This document shows positions 50,996-59,415 of a stretch of 61,882 bases of DNA, one piece after another. The notes beneath the pieces are model-generated. The model ran no database searches. It was not told the DNA's origin and saw nothing but the letters and a program-made list of their open reading frames with translations. The stretch's first letter is position 1. The number at the start of each line of letters is the position of its first letter. The position numbers and the translations under genes are program-made. The stretch is from Nitrospiria bacterium (GTDB taxonomy: Bacteria > Nitrospirota > Nitrospiria > SBBL01 > JAADHI01): positions 1 through 61,882 of the forward strand of contig JBHHXH010000004.1 of NCBI GenBank assembly GCA_046756925.1. Direction: 5' to 3'.

Positions 50996-52036
50996 TTACA
51001 CAAAGATGTCATGGAGAATTTTGACACGGAGCTTCCGTTTTGCCAACTTGTTCGGCCCTTCAATTACCGTGGAATAGTATTTCGCCGGCATGCCGGTGAG
51101 TTCGTCAGGACTCTTCCGCAATTCTTTATCCAGTTTGCGCAAGTGGCGCTTGCCAGCGGAAAGATCTGATGGTGTTCTGACTGCAGTGTTTATCTGCACC
51201 GCTGCCCCAAATAAAGCGTAGAAGTCGGCTTTCTTGGAAAAGCGTGTGTCTCGAATTACATCGACAATCGTTTGAAGGGAGCGAAGTACCGTGCGAAACC
51301 GTCGCATGAACTGCTTTTTTTTCGGGAAGTCAACATCATAATTGGCGTAAAACCGATCCAATGTCTTTTGCTGATCCTGCGGACCATCAATTAAAAGAAC
51401 GAAGAGCTCGCTAACAAATTCTATGTCTCGCATCCGTTGGGAATCACGGCGCGAGAAAAACTGAAGAGTATCCCAAAACGGCTCATTTGCCAATGCCTCT
51501 ACCGCTTCGACAAATTCACCGAAATACTGCGAATGACGCATCTCCTGCTTGCTGAGTCGTTCGACTACGTAGTTCAACCGTCGAAACAGGGCTCGAATTT
51601 CTGTGTCGTCCCAGCCTCTTAATTCTTGAACCGGTAAAGCGTAGTCCCATATCGCGTCTTGCAGGTGGGGCGGTAGTTGGGAGTATTTTTTCCCAATGTG
51701 TGGTTTGTATCCATCCGACACAGGATAGGACTTAGCAGTCGTGGCAACCAAGGCGTACTCATCCTGCATGTACTCCAAGATCGCGTTCAAGCGCTGCTGC
51801 CCATCAACAACATCATAGAATGTTTTTCTTTGAACACCGGCTCCTTCAGTGACGATATTCAAGAAAACTTGCGGGATAGGACATCCCGCAATAAGACTAT
51901 CGATGAGGAAGCATTTTTGGCCAATTGACCAGATAGGATTTCGTTGGTATCGCGGCTTGAGACGGAGTGTCCGTATCTTGTACTCGCCAAAGAACCAACT
52001 GAGTGCTTGTGTATTGGGTTTGGGTGGCGAACTCAT
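50996..52036 (-). CDS. DUF262 (ParB/GmrS-like) domain protein
   Basis: P.YQR..IW, LIDS...G.PIP, VVDGQQRL and F.RLN motifs. Confidence 0.88.
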   Translation of the reverse strand: MSSPPKPNTQALSWFFGEYKIRTLRLKPRYQRNPIWSIGQKCFLIDSLIAGCPIPQVFLNIVTEGAGVQRKTFYDVVDGQQRLNAILEYMQDEYALVATTAKSYPVSDGYKPHIGKKYSQLPPHLQDAIWDYALPVQELRGWDDTEIRALFRRLNYVVERLSKQEMRHSQYFGEFVEAVEALANEPFWDTLQFFSRRDSQRMRDIEFVSELFVLLIDGPQDQQKTLDRFYANYDVDFPKKKQFMRRFRTVLRSLQTIVDVIRDTRFSKKADFYALFGAAVQINTAVRTPSDLSAGKRHLRKLDKELRKSPDELTGMPAKYYSTVIEGPNKLAKRKLRVKILHDIFV

Positions 52037-52072
52037 TTCATATCGTGCCTTTTTCTCGTCTGGTTAATATTA

Positions 52073-52144
52073 GCCTCAAACGCTGCGGATAAGGAGCACA
52101 CCTTGATAGAGTATAACTGTTTCCATCCACTTGTTGTAAGGCAC
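52073..52144 (-). mobile_element. attC-like integron recombination site upstream of the DUF262 gene
   Basis: Minus strand gccttacAAC-aagt-GGATGGA...TCCTTATCC-gcagc-GTTtgaggc: ~70 bp imperfect palindrome with AAC/GTT ends and inner boxes. Confidence 0.6.
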
Positions 52145-52307
52145 CAAGGTCTGGGGGAACAAGTTATCGTTTGCCTTCTGGATAACATTGCAAGCTGCAT
52201 GATCGCGCCAACTTCTTAAAGAGACGCCAGTTTATGGCGATCACCTTAGAAAAAGCAATCTTAAGCTTGGGGCTTTGCTTTCCTCGTTAATCTGTTCTCA
52301 CTTCTAT

Positions 52308-52388
52308 TTATAGATGCCGACCCCAAAACTTTTTCATTACCAAATAGGTAAAAGAGGCAGATCAGACGATACACAGAAGACCATTGAG
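52308..52388 (-). pseudogene. 3' remnant of a 2-TM potassium-channel-family gene, copy A
   Basis: Reads LNGLLCIV*SASFTYLVMKKFWGRHL*; TGA at 52364-52362. Confidence 0.6.
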
Positions 52389-52470
52389 GGATGGATGCCA
52401 GTAGTGTGGAGGGGTGAGTGGGCAGGGATGGGCTGCGCGACCTATATGTGCGTCTCAGACTGCTCCCTTC

Positions 52471-52785
52471 TTATGCGGCATCTAATGGCGAAATTTGGTC
52501 AATCTTTTTCTTAATGTACTTTTCCGCATCCCAGAGATCGACGGCAAGTTGGGCGTTCAGCCAAAACTCGGGGCTGTTGCCGAACAAGCGGGAGAGACGC
52601 AGCGCCATCTCGGGGCTTACTGCACGTCTTTCCCGAAGCAGCTCATTCACCGTCTGCCGCGACACCCCCAAGGCCTTGGCAAAACGCGACACCGTGAGGT
52701 CGTAGTCCGGCAGGAAATCTTCCCTTAAGATCTCACCGGGGTGGGTGGGACGAATCTTCCTTTTCCTTTTGTTGGCAATGCTCAT
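52471..52785 (-). CDS. higA: HigA/VapI antitoxin
   Basis: PTHPGEIL.EDF, HTH and MALRL...FG.SPEFWLNAQ...DL. Confidence 0.92.
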   Translation of the reverse strand: MSIANKRKRKIRPTHPGEILREDFLPDYDLTVSRFAKALGVSRQTVNELLRERRAVSPEMALRLSRLFGNSPEFWLNAQLAVDLWDAEKYIKKKIDQISPLDAA

Positions 52786-52798
52786 ATCACACCTCGAT

Positions 52799-53080
52799 TT
52801 AGTGATAGTCGGTTATTTCGACCTCGTAGGCGTCTCCTTTGGAAAACCGAAAACAAATCCGCCATTGTTCGTTTACGGCAATAGCATGCTGGCCTTTTCG
52901 ATCCTTGCGGAGTTTATGAAGCCGGTTACTCGGTGGAACCTTCAGGTCTTCCACGCGCGTTGCCAAATCGATAAACTCCAATCTTCTTAGGGCCCTTTTC
53001 CAAATTTCCGAAGGAAGTCGCTTCGACCTCCCTGTTTCGTACAAGATTTGCGTATGCTGATCCGCAAAGGTCTTGATCAT
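52799..53080 (-). CDS. higB: HigB (RelE-like) toxin
   Basis: MIKTFAD, DL.VPPSNRLH.L, I.VN.QWRICF and EITDYH. Confidence 0.92.
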   Translation of the reverse strand: MIKTFADQHTQILYETGRSKRLPSEIWKRALRRLEFIDLATRVEDLKVPPSNRLHKLRKDRKGQHAIAVNEQWRICFRFSKGDAYEVEITDYH

Positions 53081-53086
53081 CGATCG

Positions 53087-53115
53087 AGTGTAATCCGTCA
53101 CGTGACAAATGTCAA
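53087..53115 (-). promoter_or_regulatory. higBA promoter with palindromic operator (leaderless)
   Basis: TTGACA-N17-TACACT with GTCACGTGAC (53097-53106) in the spacer; ATG is 6 nt downstream of the -10. Confidence 0.75.
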
Positions 53116-53198
53116 CATGAAAAGGAATCTATGTTTTCTATTGAAGGAACAGATAAACATCCTCTCAGTAACAAACATCATTGTGCTTGGGTGATGTT

Positions 53199-53324
53199 TT
53201 ACCGATCCAAACCCCAAAACTTTTGCATTACAAGGTAAGTAAAGGAGGTAGACTAGGCAATGAGCAGTAGGCCGTTTAAGGCCTCGATTTCGGGGATGAT
53301 GCGGAAACGGGCCGCTTCGATGGC
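53199..53324 (-). pseudogene. 3' remnant of a 2-TM potassium-channel-family gene, copy B
   Basis: Reads FRIIPEIEALNGLLLIA*STSFTYLVMQKFWGLDR*; TAG at 53255-53253. Confidence 0.65.
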
Positions 53325-54038
53325 TTATTTGTTGCCCTGCAAATAGGCCTGTCGATCGGCCTCTGGAAATTTTTCAATCGCGTAGCGCAGCATGGTGCGC
53401 GGCATGGCCTTGTAGTGTTTTAACAAAAATCCCTCTTCCACATCCCGGTTTCGCTTGCCCACTTCGCGCAGCATCCATCCCGCGGCCTTGTGGATCAAAG
53501 CTTCTTTGTCGTGCAACAAACATTCGGCGATGGCCAAGGTGTCCGAAAAGTCTGCTCTCTTGACGAAGTGAAACGTGGCCATCACGCCAATCCGGCGCTC
53601 CCATAAGTTGCTGGAACGGATCAGGCGATAGATCGGTTTCCGATCTTTATCGAATAAATAAGCACCCACAATGTGCGCGGCGGAGGCATCCACCAAATCC
53701 CAATTGTTGATGAAGGGGGTATGCCTTAGATAAGATCGATAAATCGTCTCTTTTTCGGCGCGCGTCCTTTCAGAAGCATATTTTGTGACGAGCATCAACA
53801 GGGCAAATAGCCGGACTTCGTGATAAGGAGACTTCAGCAGTTCCAAGGTCTCCTCCAAAGACACCGTACGATATCTTCCGACACATTTCCTGAGGGTGGG
53901 CACCCGAATCCCCAGGAAGCGGTCCCCCTCGCCATATTCCCCCGGTCCCGTCTTAAAGAATCGCTGCGAATGTGCTGCGATATGGGGATCGCTCAACTCC
54001 TGCAGCGTGTCCATGATTTGTTTTGTTCGAACGCTCAT
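53325..54038 (-). CDS. DNA alkylation repair protein (AlkD-like)
   Basis: FFKTGPGEYGEGD.FLG..VP, HE.R, NNWDLVD, LWERR, KA.GWMLRE and PRTMLRYAIE. Confidence 0.9.
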   Translation of the reverse strand: MSVRTKQIMDTLQELSDPHIAAHSQRFFKTGPGEYGEGDRFLGIRVPTLRKCVGRYRTVSLEETLELLKSPYHEVRLFALLMLVTKYASERTRAEKETIYRSYLRHTPFINNWDLVDASAAHIVGAYLFDKDRKPIYRLIRSSNLWERRIGVMATFHFVKRADFSDTLAIAECLLHDKEALIHKAAGWMLREVGKRNRDVEEGFLLKHYKAMPRTMLRYAIEKFPEADRQAYLQGNK

Positions 54039-54196
54039 AAATTGAGATAGATACTATTTATGCGTCGTTGTCTTGGGTCTTCCTTTGTGCAGGGCGGCCA
54101 AACTGCGTCCAAGTTTTCTGGTGACCCTGACTCCGTCGCCATCGATTTTTCTTTTCCGGTCCTTATCGTCTTTGAAAATCGTTCGGCGGCAATCGC

Positions 54197-54314
54197 CCCT
54201 CTATCAATAAGACAATGCCGGTTTGGAACGACGACTCGTGCAGTCCGTGGCATAGATTCTAAAATTATAGAAGTTGAAGGAACGCGTCAAGAAACGAGTG
54301 TCTGTCCCTATTTT
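54197..54314 (-). pseudogene. N-terminal relic of a REP-associated (Y1) tyrosine transposase with an upstream GGGACAGACAC motif
   Basis: MPRTARVVVPN...RG from ATG 54253 resembles RAYT N-termini, then similarity is lost. Confidence 0.5.
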
Positions 54315-54384
54315 CGAAAAGCGCCGTCTCCTGTTCGCCAGCAAAGGGGGGAGCAAGCGATTTTTCCACGATTTACATATGGTA

Positions 54385-54413
54385 TTGAACTTTAAGCATC
54401 CTTGTGGTATAAA
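54385..54413 (+). promoter_or_regulatory. Putative sigma70 promoter of the csp gene
   Basis: TTGAAC-N17-TATAAA with TGn extension; implies a ~140-nt 5' UTR. Confidence 0.55.
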
Positions 54414-54558
54414 ATAATAGGTCCATCGTAGAAAGTGCACAAAAAATGTTTTATTGGCTGTAGCGCTTTTTTATGTGCTGCAGTTTTTTTTTGCGGATTT
54501 AGGAAACTTTGGACATTTCGTCAGCAGATCGCTGATGACACACGAGGAGAAAACAACA

Positions 54559-54762
54559 GTGAGCACAGGAACAGTAAAATGGTTTAACGGCAGTAAAGGC
54601 TATGGTTTTATTACTCCTGAAAACGGGGACGATCTTTTCGTTCACTTTTCAGGCATCGTTGGAGACGGCTACAAATCCCTCGAAGAGGGCGATGAAGTCG
54701 AATTCGAGGTGACCCAAGGCCAGAAAGGCCCGCAAGCCATCAATGTCAGTAAAGTTTCCTAA
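54559..54762 (+). CDS. cspA: Cold-shock protein
   Basis: GTVKWFN..KGYGFI, DLFVHFS and G.KGPQA.NV; GTG start after GAGGAG. Confidence 0.95.
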   Translation: MSTGTVKWFNGSKGYGFITPENGDDLFVHFSGIVGDGYKSLEEGDEVEFEVTQGQKGPQAINVSKVS

Positions 54763-54777
54763 CCAGGGATCTTATTG

Positions 54778-54827
54778 AAGCAAAAAACCCCCACCGGAAC
54801 GATATTCCGGTGGGGGTTTTTTTGCTT
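54778..54827 (+). terminator. Strong intrinsic (probably bidirectional) terminator
   Basis: AAGCAAAAAACCCCCACCGGAA-cgata-TTCCGGTGGGGGTTTTTTTGCTT. Confidence 0.92.
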
Positions 54828-55025
54828 GCCCTTCATTCAATCCACAGGCACTGGGTGTGCCGCACTGATATCCCGGTCATACAAATCATCACCAGTCAAT
54901 AACTAGGAATTTCACTTATTCTTTAAACACCCGATTCTCCCAGTACATCACAGAACTGTCTTGTTTGACGGATTGATATAATGCTATGTTTGCGGCGCTT
55001 GATCGTCATCCTTTGAGGATAAGCG

Positions 55026-56270
55026 ATGAAACAGTTCGATGCCGTCATCATCGGGGCCGGGCCGGCGGGAGGCGCGTGTGGGCGGACCTTGTCGAAGGCG
55101 GGTTATCGTGTGCTACTCGTCGAAAAGGAGAAGGACTTCGCGGCCAAGGATTTCTCCAGCGGCGGCTCGACACTTGAGGTGCTGCGCGACTTCAACCTGC
55201 CGGAGGCCGTCGTCGGCGCCTATTGCCATCGGATTAAAATCGCCTCTTCCCATGATGCGCATGGTTGGGAGGCCACCGATCCCGTCGCACTGGTTCTCGA
55301 TTTCCAAAAGCTGCGTCGTTTTTTGTCCGAAGAGATGACCCGGCACCAAGGCGAAGTTCGGCTGGGCTGGACCTACGAAGGCCACGAACAAGAAAACGGA
55401 AAGACCCTCGTTTCGCTCAAACAAGCGGCGAGCGGCAAGACGCAAAGCATCGTCGGCCGCGTCCTCGTCGATGCCACGGGCACAGACCGGGAGGTCCTGG
55501 GGCGTGGCGAAAAAGACAGACATCCGGCCATTGTCGGCAGGGGCGTGGAATTTCTGCTTGAAGTCCCGGCAGAGGTCTATCGAATGCATGCCGGCACCCT
55601 CTCCTTTTTCATCGGCCAAAATTGGATGCCGCAGGGCTATGCCTGGATCTTTCCCATGGCGGCCCATCGATTGAAGGTCGGCGTCGGCCGGAATTTTCCC
55701 GACGAACAAGTGGTTCCCCACAAACAGTCCTTCGGCTTTTATTTAAACCGATTAATCGCGACCTGCCTTCAAACCCAGGATTACAACATCCTCGACCGGC
55801 ACGGCAAAACTCTCACTTACACCCTCCGTCAGCGCGACCGTCACTTCGATGAGAATGTCCTGGCCATTGGCGACGCCGTGTCCACCGTCAACCCACTCAC
55901 CTTCGAGGGAATCCGGCACGCGATGCATTCCGGGGCCGTCGCCGCCAAACATATCGCAGGATACTTGGAAGGACAGGACAGATCCTTTCGGAAATACCGT
56001 TCCGAGATACGCCGTCGTAGCGGTCTGCGTTGGTTGCTCTCCGAAGCCCTCACGAAGAAGATCTATCGCGAGCCAAAGGATGAAAAGGTGGATTTGATGC
56101 TCCAAGCCTTGAAAGCCTTCTCCCTTGCGGAATTAAAAGCCTTGGTCTTCGATTACCGCCTCGTCCCCGTGATGAAATTCGCACTCGACTACCGGGTCCT
56201 CGTCGCCAAAAGCGCCTTCCGCTTCTCCGGAAAGAAACGCCTCGAACCGATGGACTTGAACAAGCCATGA
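55026..56270 (+). CDS. FAD-dependent oxidoreductase, geranylgeranyl-reductase-like
   Basis: GAGPAG, VDATG, PQGYAWIFP and GDA.S.VNPL.FEGI..A..SG. Confidence 0.85.
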   Translation: MKQFDAVIIGAGPAGGACGRTLSKAGYRVLLVEKEKDFAAKDFSSGGSTLEVLRDFNLPEAVVGAYCHRIKIASSHDAHGWEATDPVALVLDFQKLRRFLSEEMTRHQGEVRLGWTYEGHEQENGKTLVSLKQAASGKTQSIVGRVLVDATGTDREVLGRGEKDRHPAIVGRGVEFLLEVPAEVYRMHAGTLSFFIGQNWMPQGYAWIFPMAAHRLKVGVGRNFPDEQVVPHKQSFGFYLNRLIATCLQTQDYNILDRHGKTLTYTLRQRDRHFDENVLAIGDAVSTVNPLTFEGIRHAMHSGAVAAKHIAGYLEGQDRSFRKYRSEIRRRSGLRWLLSEALTKKIYREPKDEKVDLMLQALKAFSLAELKALVFDYRLVPVMKFALDYRVLVAKSAFRFSGKKRLEPMDLNKP

Positions 56271-57778
56271 AGCCTTTGAGCCTTCACGGAAACGACATAC
56301 AACTTGCCGATTTTTTCGATGTCGTGCTTCGCCGCCGCCCGGTCCGCATGGCGCGGCAGGCGATCCAAAAAATGAAACGATCGCGCAAGGTCGTCGAAAG
56401 GCATCTTGCACAAGGCGATGTGGTCTACGGCGTGACGACCGGCTTTGGCAAGCTGTCCGATCGAGGGATTTCCGCCGCAGACATCAAGGCGCTTCAGGTA
56501 AACTTGCTCCGAAGCCATGCCTGCGGCTTCGGGCCGCCGCTTTCCGAAAGCGAAACACGGGGGATGATCCTGCTCCGCGCCCATGTCCTGGCGAAGGGTT
56601 ACTCCGGCGTGCGACCCGTTCTCGTGGAGCGACTGGTCGAGATGTTGAACCAGCCCCTCTATCCCCTCATCCCCAGCCGGGGTTCCGTGGGCGCCAGCGG
56701 CGACCTGATTCCCCTCGCCCATCTTGCACGCTTATTAATCGGAGAAGGTGAGGCGATGTACAAGGACAGGAAGCTCAGTGGCAAGACCGCCTTGAAACGC
56801 GCCGGAGTTACGCCGATTGCGCTCGAAGCCAAGGAAGGGCTCTCGCTCGTCAACGGCACGCAAGGCGCGTTGAGTTTGGGTTTGCTTTCGCTTCACGCGG
56901 CGGAGCGCTTGGCCGGCACTGCGGACCTGGCCGGGGCCATGTCGCTCGAGGCCCTCATGGGCACGCCAACGGTCTTTGATCAAAAGATTCAAGATTTGCG
57001 GCCGCATCCGGGTCAGGTGCGGGTGGCCGAAACGATGCGCCGGCTGCTCGAGGAAAGCGAGATCCGCGCCTCGCACATCCAGTGCAACCGCGTGCAGGAC
57101 CCCTATTCCATCCGCTGCATCCCGCAAGTGCATGGTGCGGTTCGGGACTCGATCGATGCCATCCGAAAGGTCTTGGCGACGGAGATGAACAGCGTGACCG
57201 ACAATCCGCTTGTCTTTCCCGAGACGGGCGAGATCCTCTCGGGCGGCAACTTTCACGGGCATCCCATCGCGCTGGCGCTGGACCAGCTTGCCATCGCCTT
57301 AACACAGCTCGGCGTGATTTCGGAGCGGCGCATCGCCCAATTGATCGATCCGGAGCTGATCGACCTGCCCCTTTTTTTAACCAAACGCCCCGGACTCCAT
57401 TCCGGGCTGATGATGCCGCAGGTCGCCGCCGCCGCCCTGGCCTCCGAGTGCAAGGGGCTGGCGCATCCGGCCTCGGCGGATTCCATTCCCACCTCGGTCA
57501 ATCAGGAAGACTATGTGAGCATGGCCATGGGCGCCGCCCTCAAGCTCCAGCAGATTGTCCGCAATGTCGAGCGTATCCTCGCCGTCGAACTCTTCTCGGC
57601 CGCCGAAGGCATCGCCTTCCATGCCCCCCTCAAACCCGGCCGGGGCGTCGCCCAAGGCGTGGCCATCCTCCGATCCAAAATTCTCCCGCTTGAAGAAGAC
57701 CGCTCGCTTCAAAAGGATTTGGAGAAAATCAGCCAGATGATTCATGACGGGGTGTTTAATTTGGAATCCTTTACCTGA
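56267..57778 (+). CDS. hutH: Histidine ammonia-lyase
   Basis: YGVTTGFG, LLRSHACG, MIO motif GASGDL, QDPYS.RC.PQ, SGGNFHG and NQED.VSM. Confidence 0.92.
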   Translation: MKPLSLHGNDIQLADFFDVVLRRRPVRMARQAIQKMKRSRKVVERHLAQGDVVYGVTTGFGKLSDRGISAADIKALQVNLLRSHACGFGPPLSESETRGMILLRAHVLAKGYSGVRPVLVERLVEMLNQPLYPLIPSRGSVGASGDLIPLAHLARLLIGEGEAMYKDRKLSGKTALKRAGVTPIALEAKEGLSLVNGTQGALSLGLLSLHAAERLAGTADLAGAMSLEALMGTPTVFDQKIQDLRPHPGQVRVAETMRRLLEESEIRASHIQCNRVQDPYSIRCIPQVHGAVRDSIDAIRKVLATEMNSVTDNPLVFPETGEILSGGNFHGHPIALALDQLAIALTQLGVISERRIAQLIDPELIDLPLFLTKRPGLHSGLMMPQVAAAALASECKGLAHPASADSIPTSVNQEDYVSMAMGAALKLQQIVRNVERILAVELFSAAEGIAFHAPLKPGRGVAQGVAILRSKILPLEEDRSLQKDLEKISQMIHDGVFNLESFT

Positions 57779-57865
57779 ACGCTTCGCGGTCTGCAAAAAA
57801 TTAAGAAGAAAACATGAGCTGAAAAATGAAGCGGGCCCTTGTCGATTTTTTCGGATAAAGAAATC

Positions 57866-57908
57866 AAAAAAGGGGCGTGTCCTCCATGGACTTGGAGATC
57901 ACGCCCCC
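57866..57908 (-). terminator. Possible intrinsic terminator
   Basis: GGGGCGTG..CTCCA/TGGAG..CACGCCCC stem followed by T6 on the minus strand. Confidence 0.45.
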
Positions 57909-58068
57909 TTAAATAAATGGAAAGTTACTTCAAAGATTCGAGTGCATTTTCATCGATACCGATGGGTTGGTGAACAACTCGCCCCTTTCGTTGAACGACC
58001 GCCCAAGCGCCAGGCCTTTTTCAAATGCCCCTGAATGAAGGTGTGTGGCAGAAAATATTTTTGAAAAC

Positions 58069-58272
58069 TTACCGAAGCCGCGCGGTCATCGGTTCGTCCA
58101 GCCGGGCCAGATCGGCGGGATCTTCCAGACCGAAGTAATTAAGAGCATCTTCCGGGAGCAGCTCCCCCGCAAGCCTTGTCTTACCGCACTGGCGCGGCCC
58201 CGTCATCACCACCACTTGGCTGCGGGAAAGGGCTGTTTTCAGTTTCACGCGTATGGATGTCCACTGAATCAC
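58069..58272 (-). pseudogene. Truncated AAA+ ATPase (AAA_14/DUF4143 type), N-terminus only
   Basis: Walker A GPRQCGKT and LEDP..LARL..P, ending after 67 aa. Confidence 0.7.
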
Positions 58273-58384
58273 GGCACGATGATGCCATGAAAACCCATCT
58301 TTATATGGCTTGTGTTCATGGTGTGTGGCACGGAAGGCTTGGCCGCTTCCAGCTTACCCCGCGCCCGGTTGAGCCCGGACCAGC

Positions 58385-58509
58385 TCCGCCTGTCAATTGT
58401 ATACTCGCGGTTAAAATTGCCTGGGCTTCCTTTCTGACATTTAGCCTCATCGACCAGCGATGGAACGATGATGGACTTAAGGCCCTTTTTTTGTGTCAGT
58501 CGCTTTCAT
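58385..58509 (-). pseudogene. hsdR: N-terminal relic of type I restriction subunit R
   Basis: MKATDT, a frameshift in an A-run, then KGLKSIIVPSLVDEAKCQKGSPGNFNREYTID; resembles the HsdR start TDTSEKGLE..I...L. Confidence 0.6.
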
Positions 58510-58551
58510 CCATGCCGATCTCGACCGCTTCGCGAATATAACGTGATACGG
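58493..58551. repeat. Composite duplicate of 59363-59380 and 59479-59519
   Basis: 58493-58510 is identical (18/18) to 59363-59380; 58511-58551 matches 59479-59519 at 35/41. Confidence 0.85.
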
Positions 58552-58572
58552 TTTTTGCAGGGCCCCCATGGT

Positions 58573-58600
58573 CGTCATTCCCGCGAAGGCGAGAATCCAG
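58573..58600 (+). repeat. CGTC-type REP, copy 1
   Basis: CGTCATTCCCGCGAAGGCGAGAATCCAG. Confidence 0.85.
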
Positions 58601-58604
58601 GTTT

Positions 58605-58892
58605 TTAAATCAGCGATGGATATAAGTCATCCCATTCAGAGTTCATTTCCTCAATCAGGCGGATCTTCCAGGCGCGGTGCCATTTTTTGATCTGCTTCTC
58701 ACGCGTGATGGCGGATGTCATCTCGTCATGGACTTCATAGTATACGAGCCGGTGCACTTTATATTTCTTGGTGAAGCTTTCCACAAGATCATGCTTGTGC
58801 TCCCAGATCCGTTTCACCAAGTCACTGGTGACGCCGGTGTAAAGGGTGCCGTTACGTTTGCTGGCAAGGATGTAGACGGGGGGGGGGTTCAT
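58605..58892 (-). CDS. Stand-alone GIY-YIG nuclease
   Basis: VYILAS..NGTLYTGVT.DL..R..EHK, LVYYE and AI.REKQIKKW.R.WK..LIE..N..W.DL. Confidence 0.92.
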   Translation of the reverse strand: MNPPPVYILASKRNGTLYTGVTSDLVKRIWEHKHDLVESFTKKYKVHRLVYYEVHDEMTSAITREKQIKKWHRAWKIRLIEEMNSEWDDLYPSLI

Positions 58893-58904
58893 TTGATGGC
58901 TTTG

Positions 58905-58931
58905 TGGATTCCCGCCTACGCGGGAATGACG
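58905..58931 (-). repeat. CGTC-type REP, copy 2 (inverted relative to copy 1)
   Basis: TGGATTCCCGCCTACGCGGGAATGACG. Confidence 0.88.
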
Positions 58932-59172
58932 GAAAAGAAACGGCAGACGATTTTACGTGATGTCCAGCCATGTGTGATGTGTTCTTTCTTTTGAAGTGTT
59001 ACAGCGTGCCATTACTCGGTCAAGGCATCGCGCCTATTCGGATTGTTGGCCCCACCTCTCTTTCATGGACTTACCCTTTGTCTGCCAAGGCTTTTACGTC
59101 GTGTTGCGGGCTATTCTGATGATCTTAGACCAAAGCGTTGCGAATTCTAGAATGATTCACTCGCCTTTTGGT

Positions 59173-59200
59173 CGTCATTCCCGCGAAGGCGGGAATCCAG
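59173..59200 (+). repeat. CGTC-type REP, copy 3
   Basis: CGTCATTCCCGCGAAGGCGGGAATCCAG; exactly 600 bp from copy 1, with similar flanks. Confidence 0.88.
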
Positions 59201-59415
59201 ATTTTAAAAACATTAACCCATCATGCTGTAATGCACTTTCAAAACCAAGTCTCAGTCGCCCATTTCTTCAGCCAGTCGGCGGAGCGCTTGGCCGCGTCGA
59301 AAAGCCCCGCGCCCGTCCGCAGATGGGTGATGGCAGCGGTCTTGCGGCGGGTGAGGGTGAAGGTGTCAGTCGCTTTCATCTATCTGCTATTTGTCAATTA
59401 CCCATCAATTAAAAC

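Noticed and set aside
54454-54558. 35-aa N-terminal extension of the cold-shock protein in the ORF track
   Set aside because: The RBS and family length point to GTG 54559; the extension is the 5' UTR.
57744-58541. Plus-strand ORFs of 96, 81 and 121 aa after hutH
   Set aside because: No RBS or motifs; they overlap a terminator-like stem and minus-strand pseudogene fragments.
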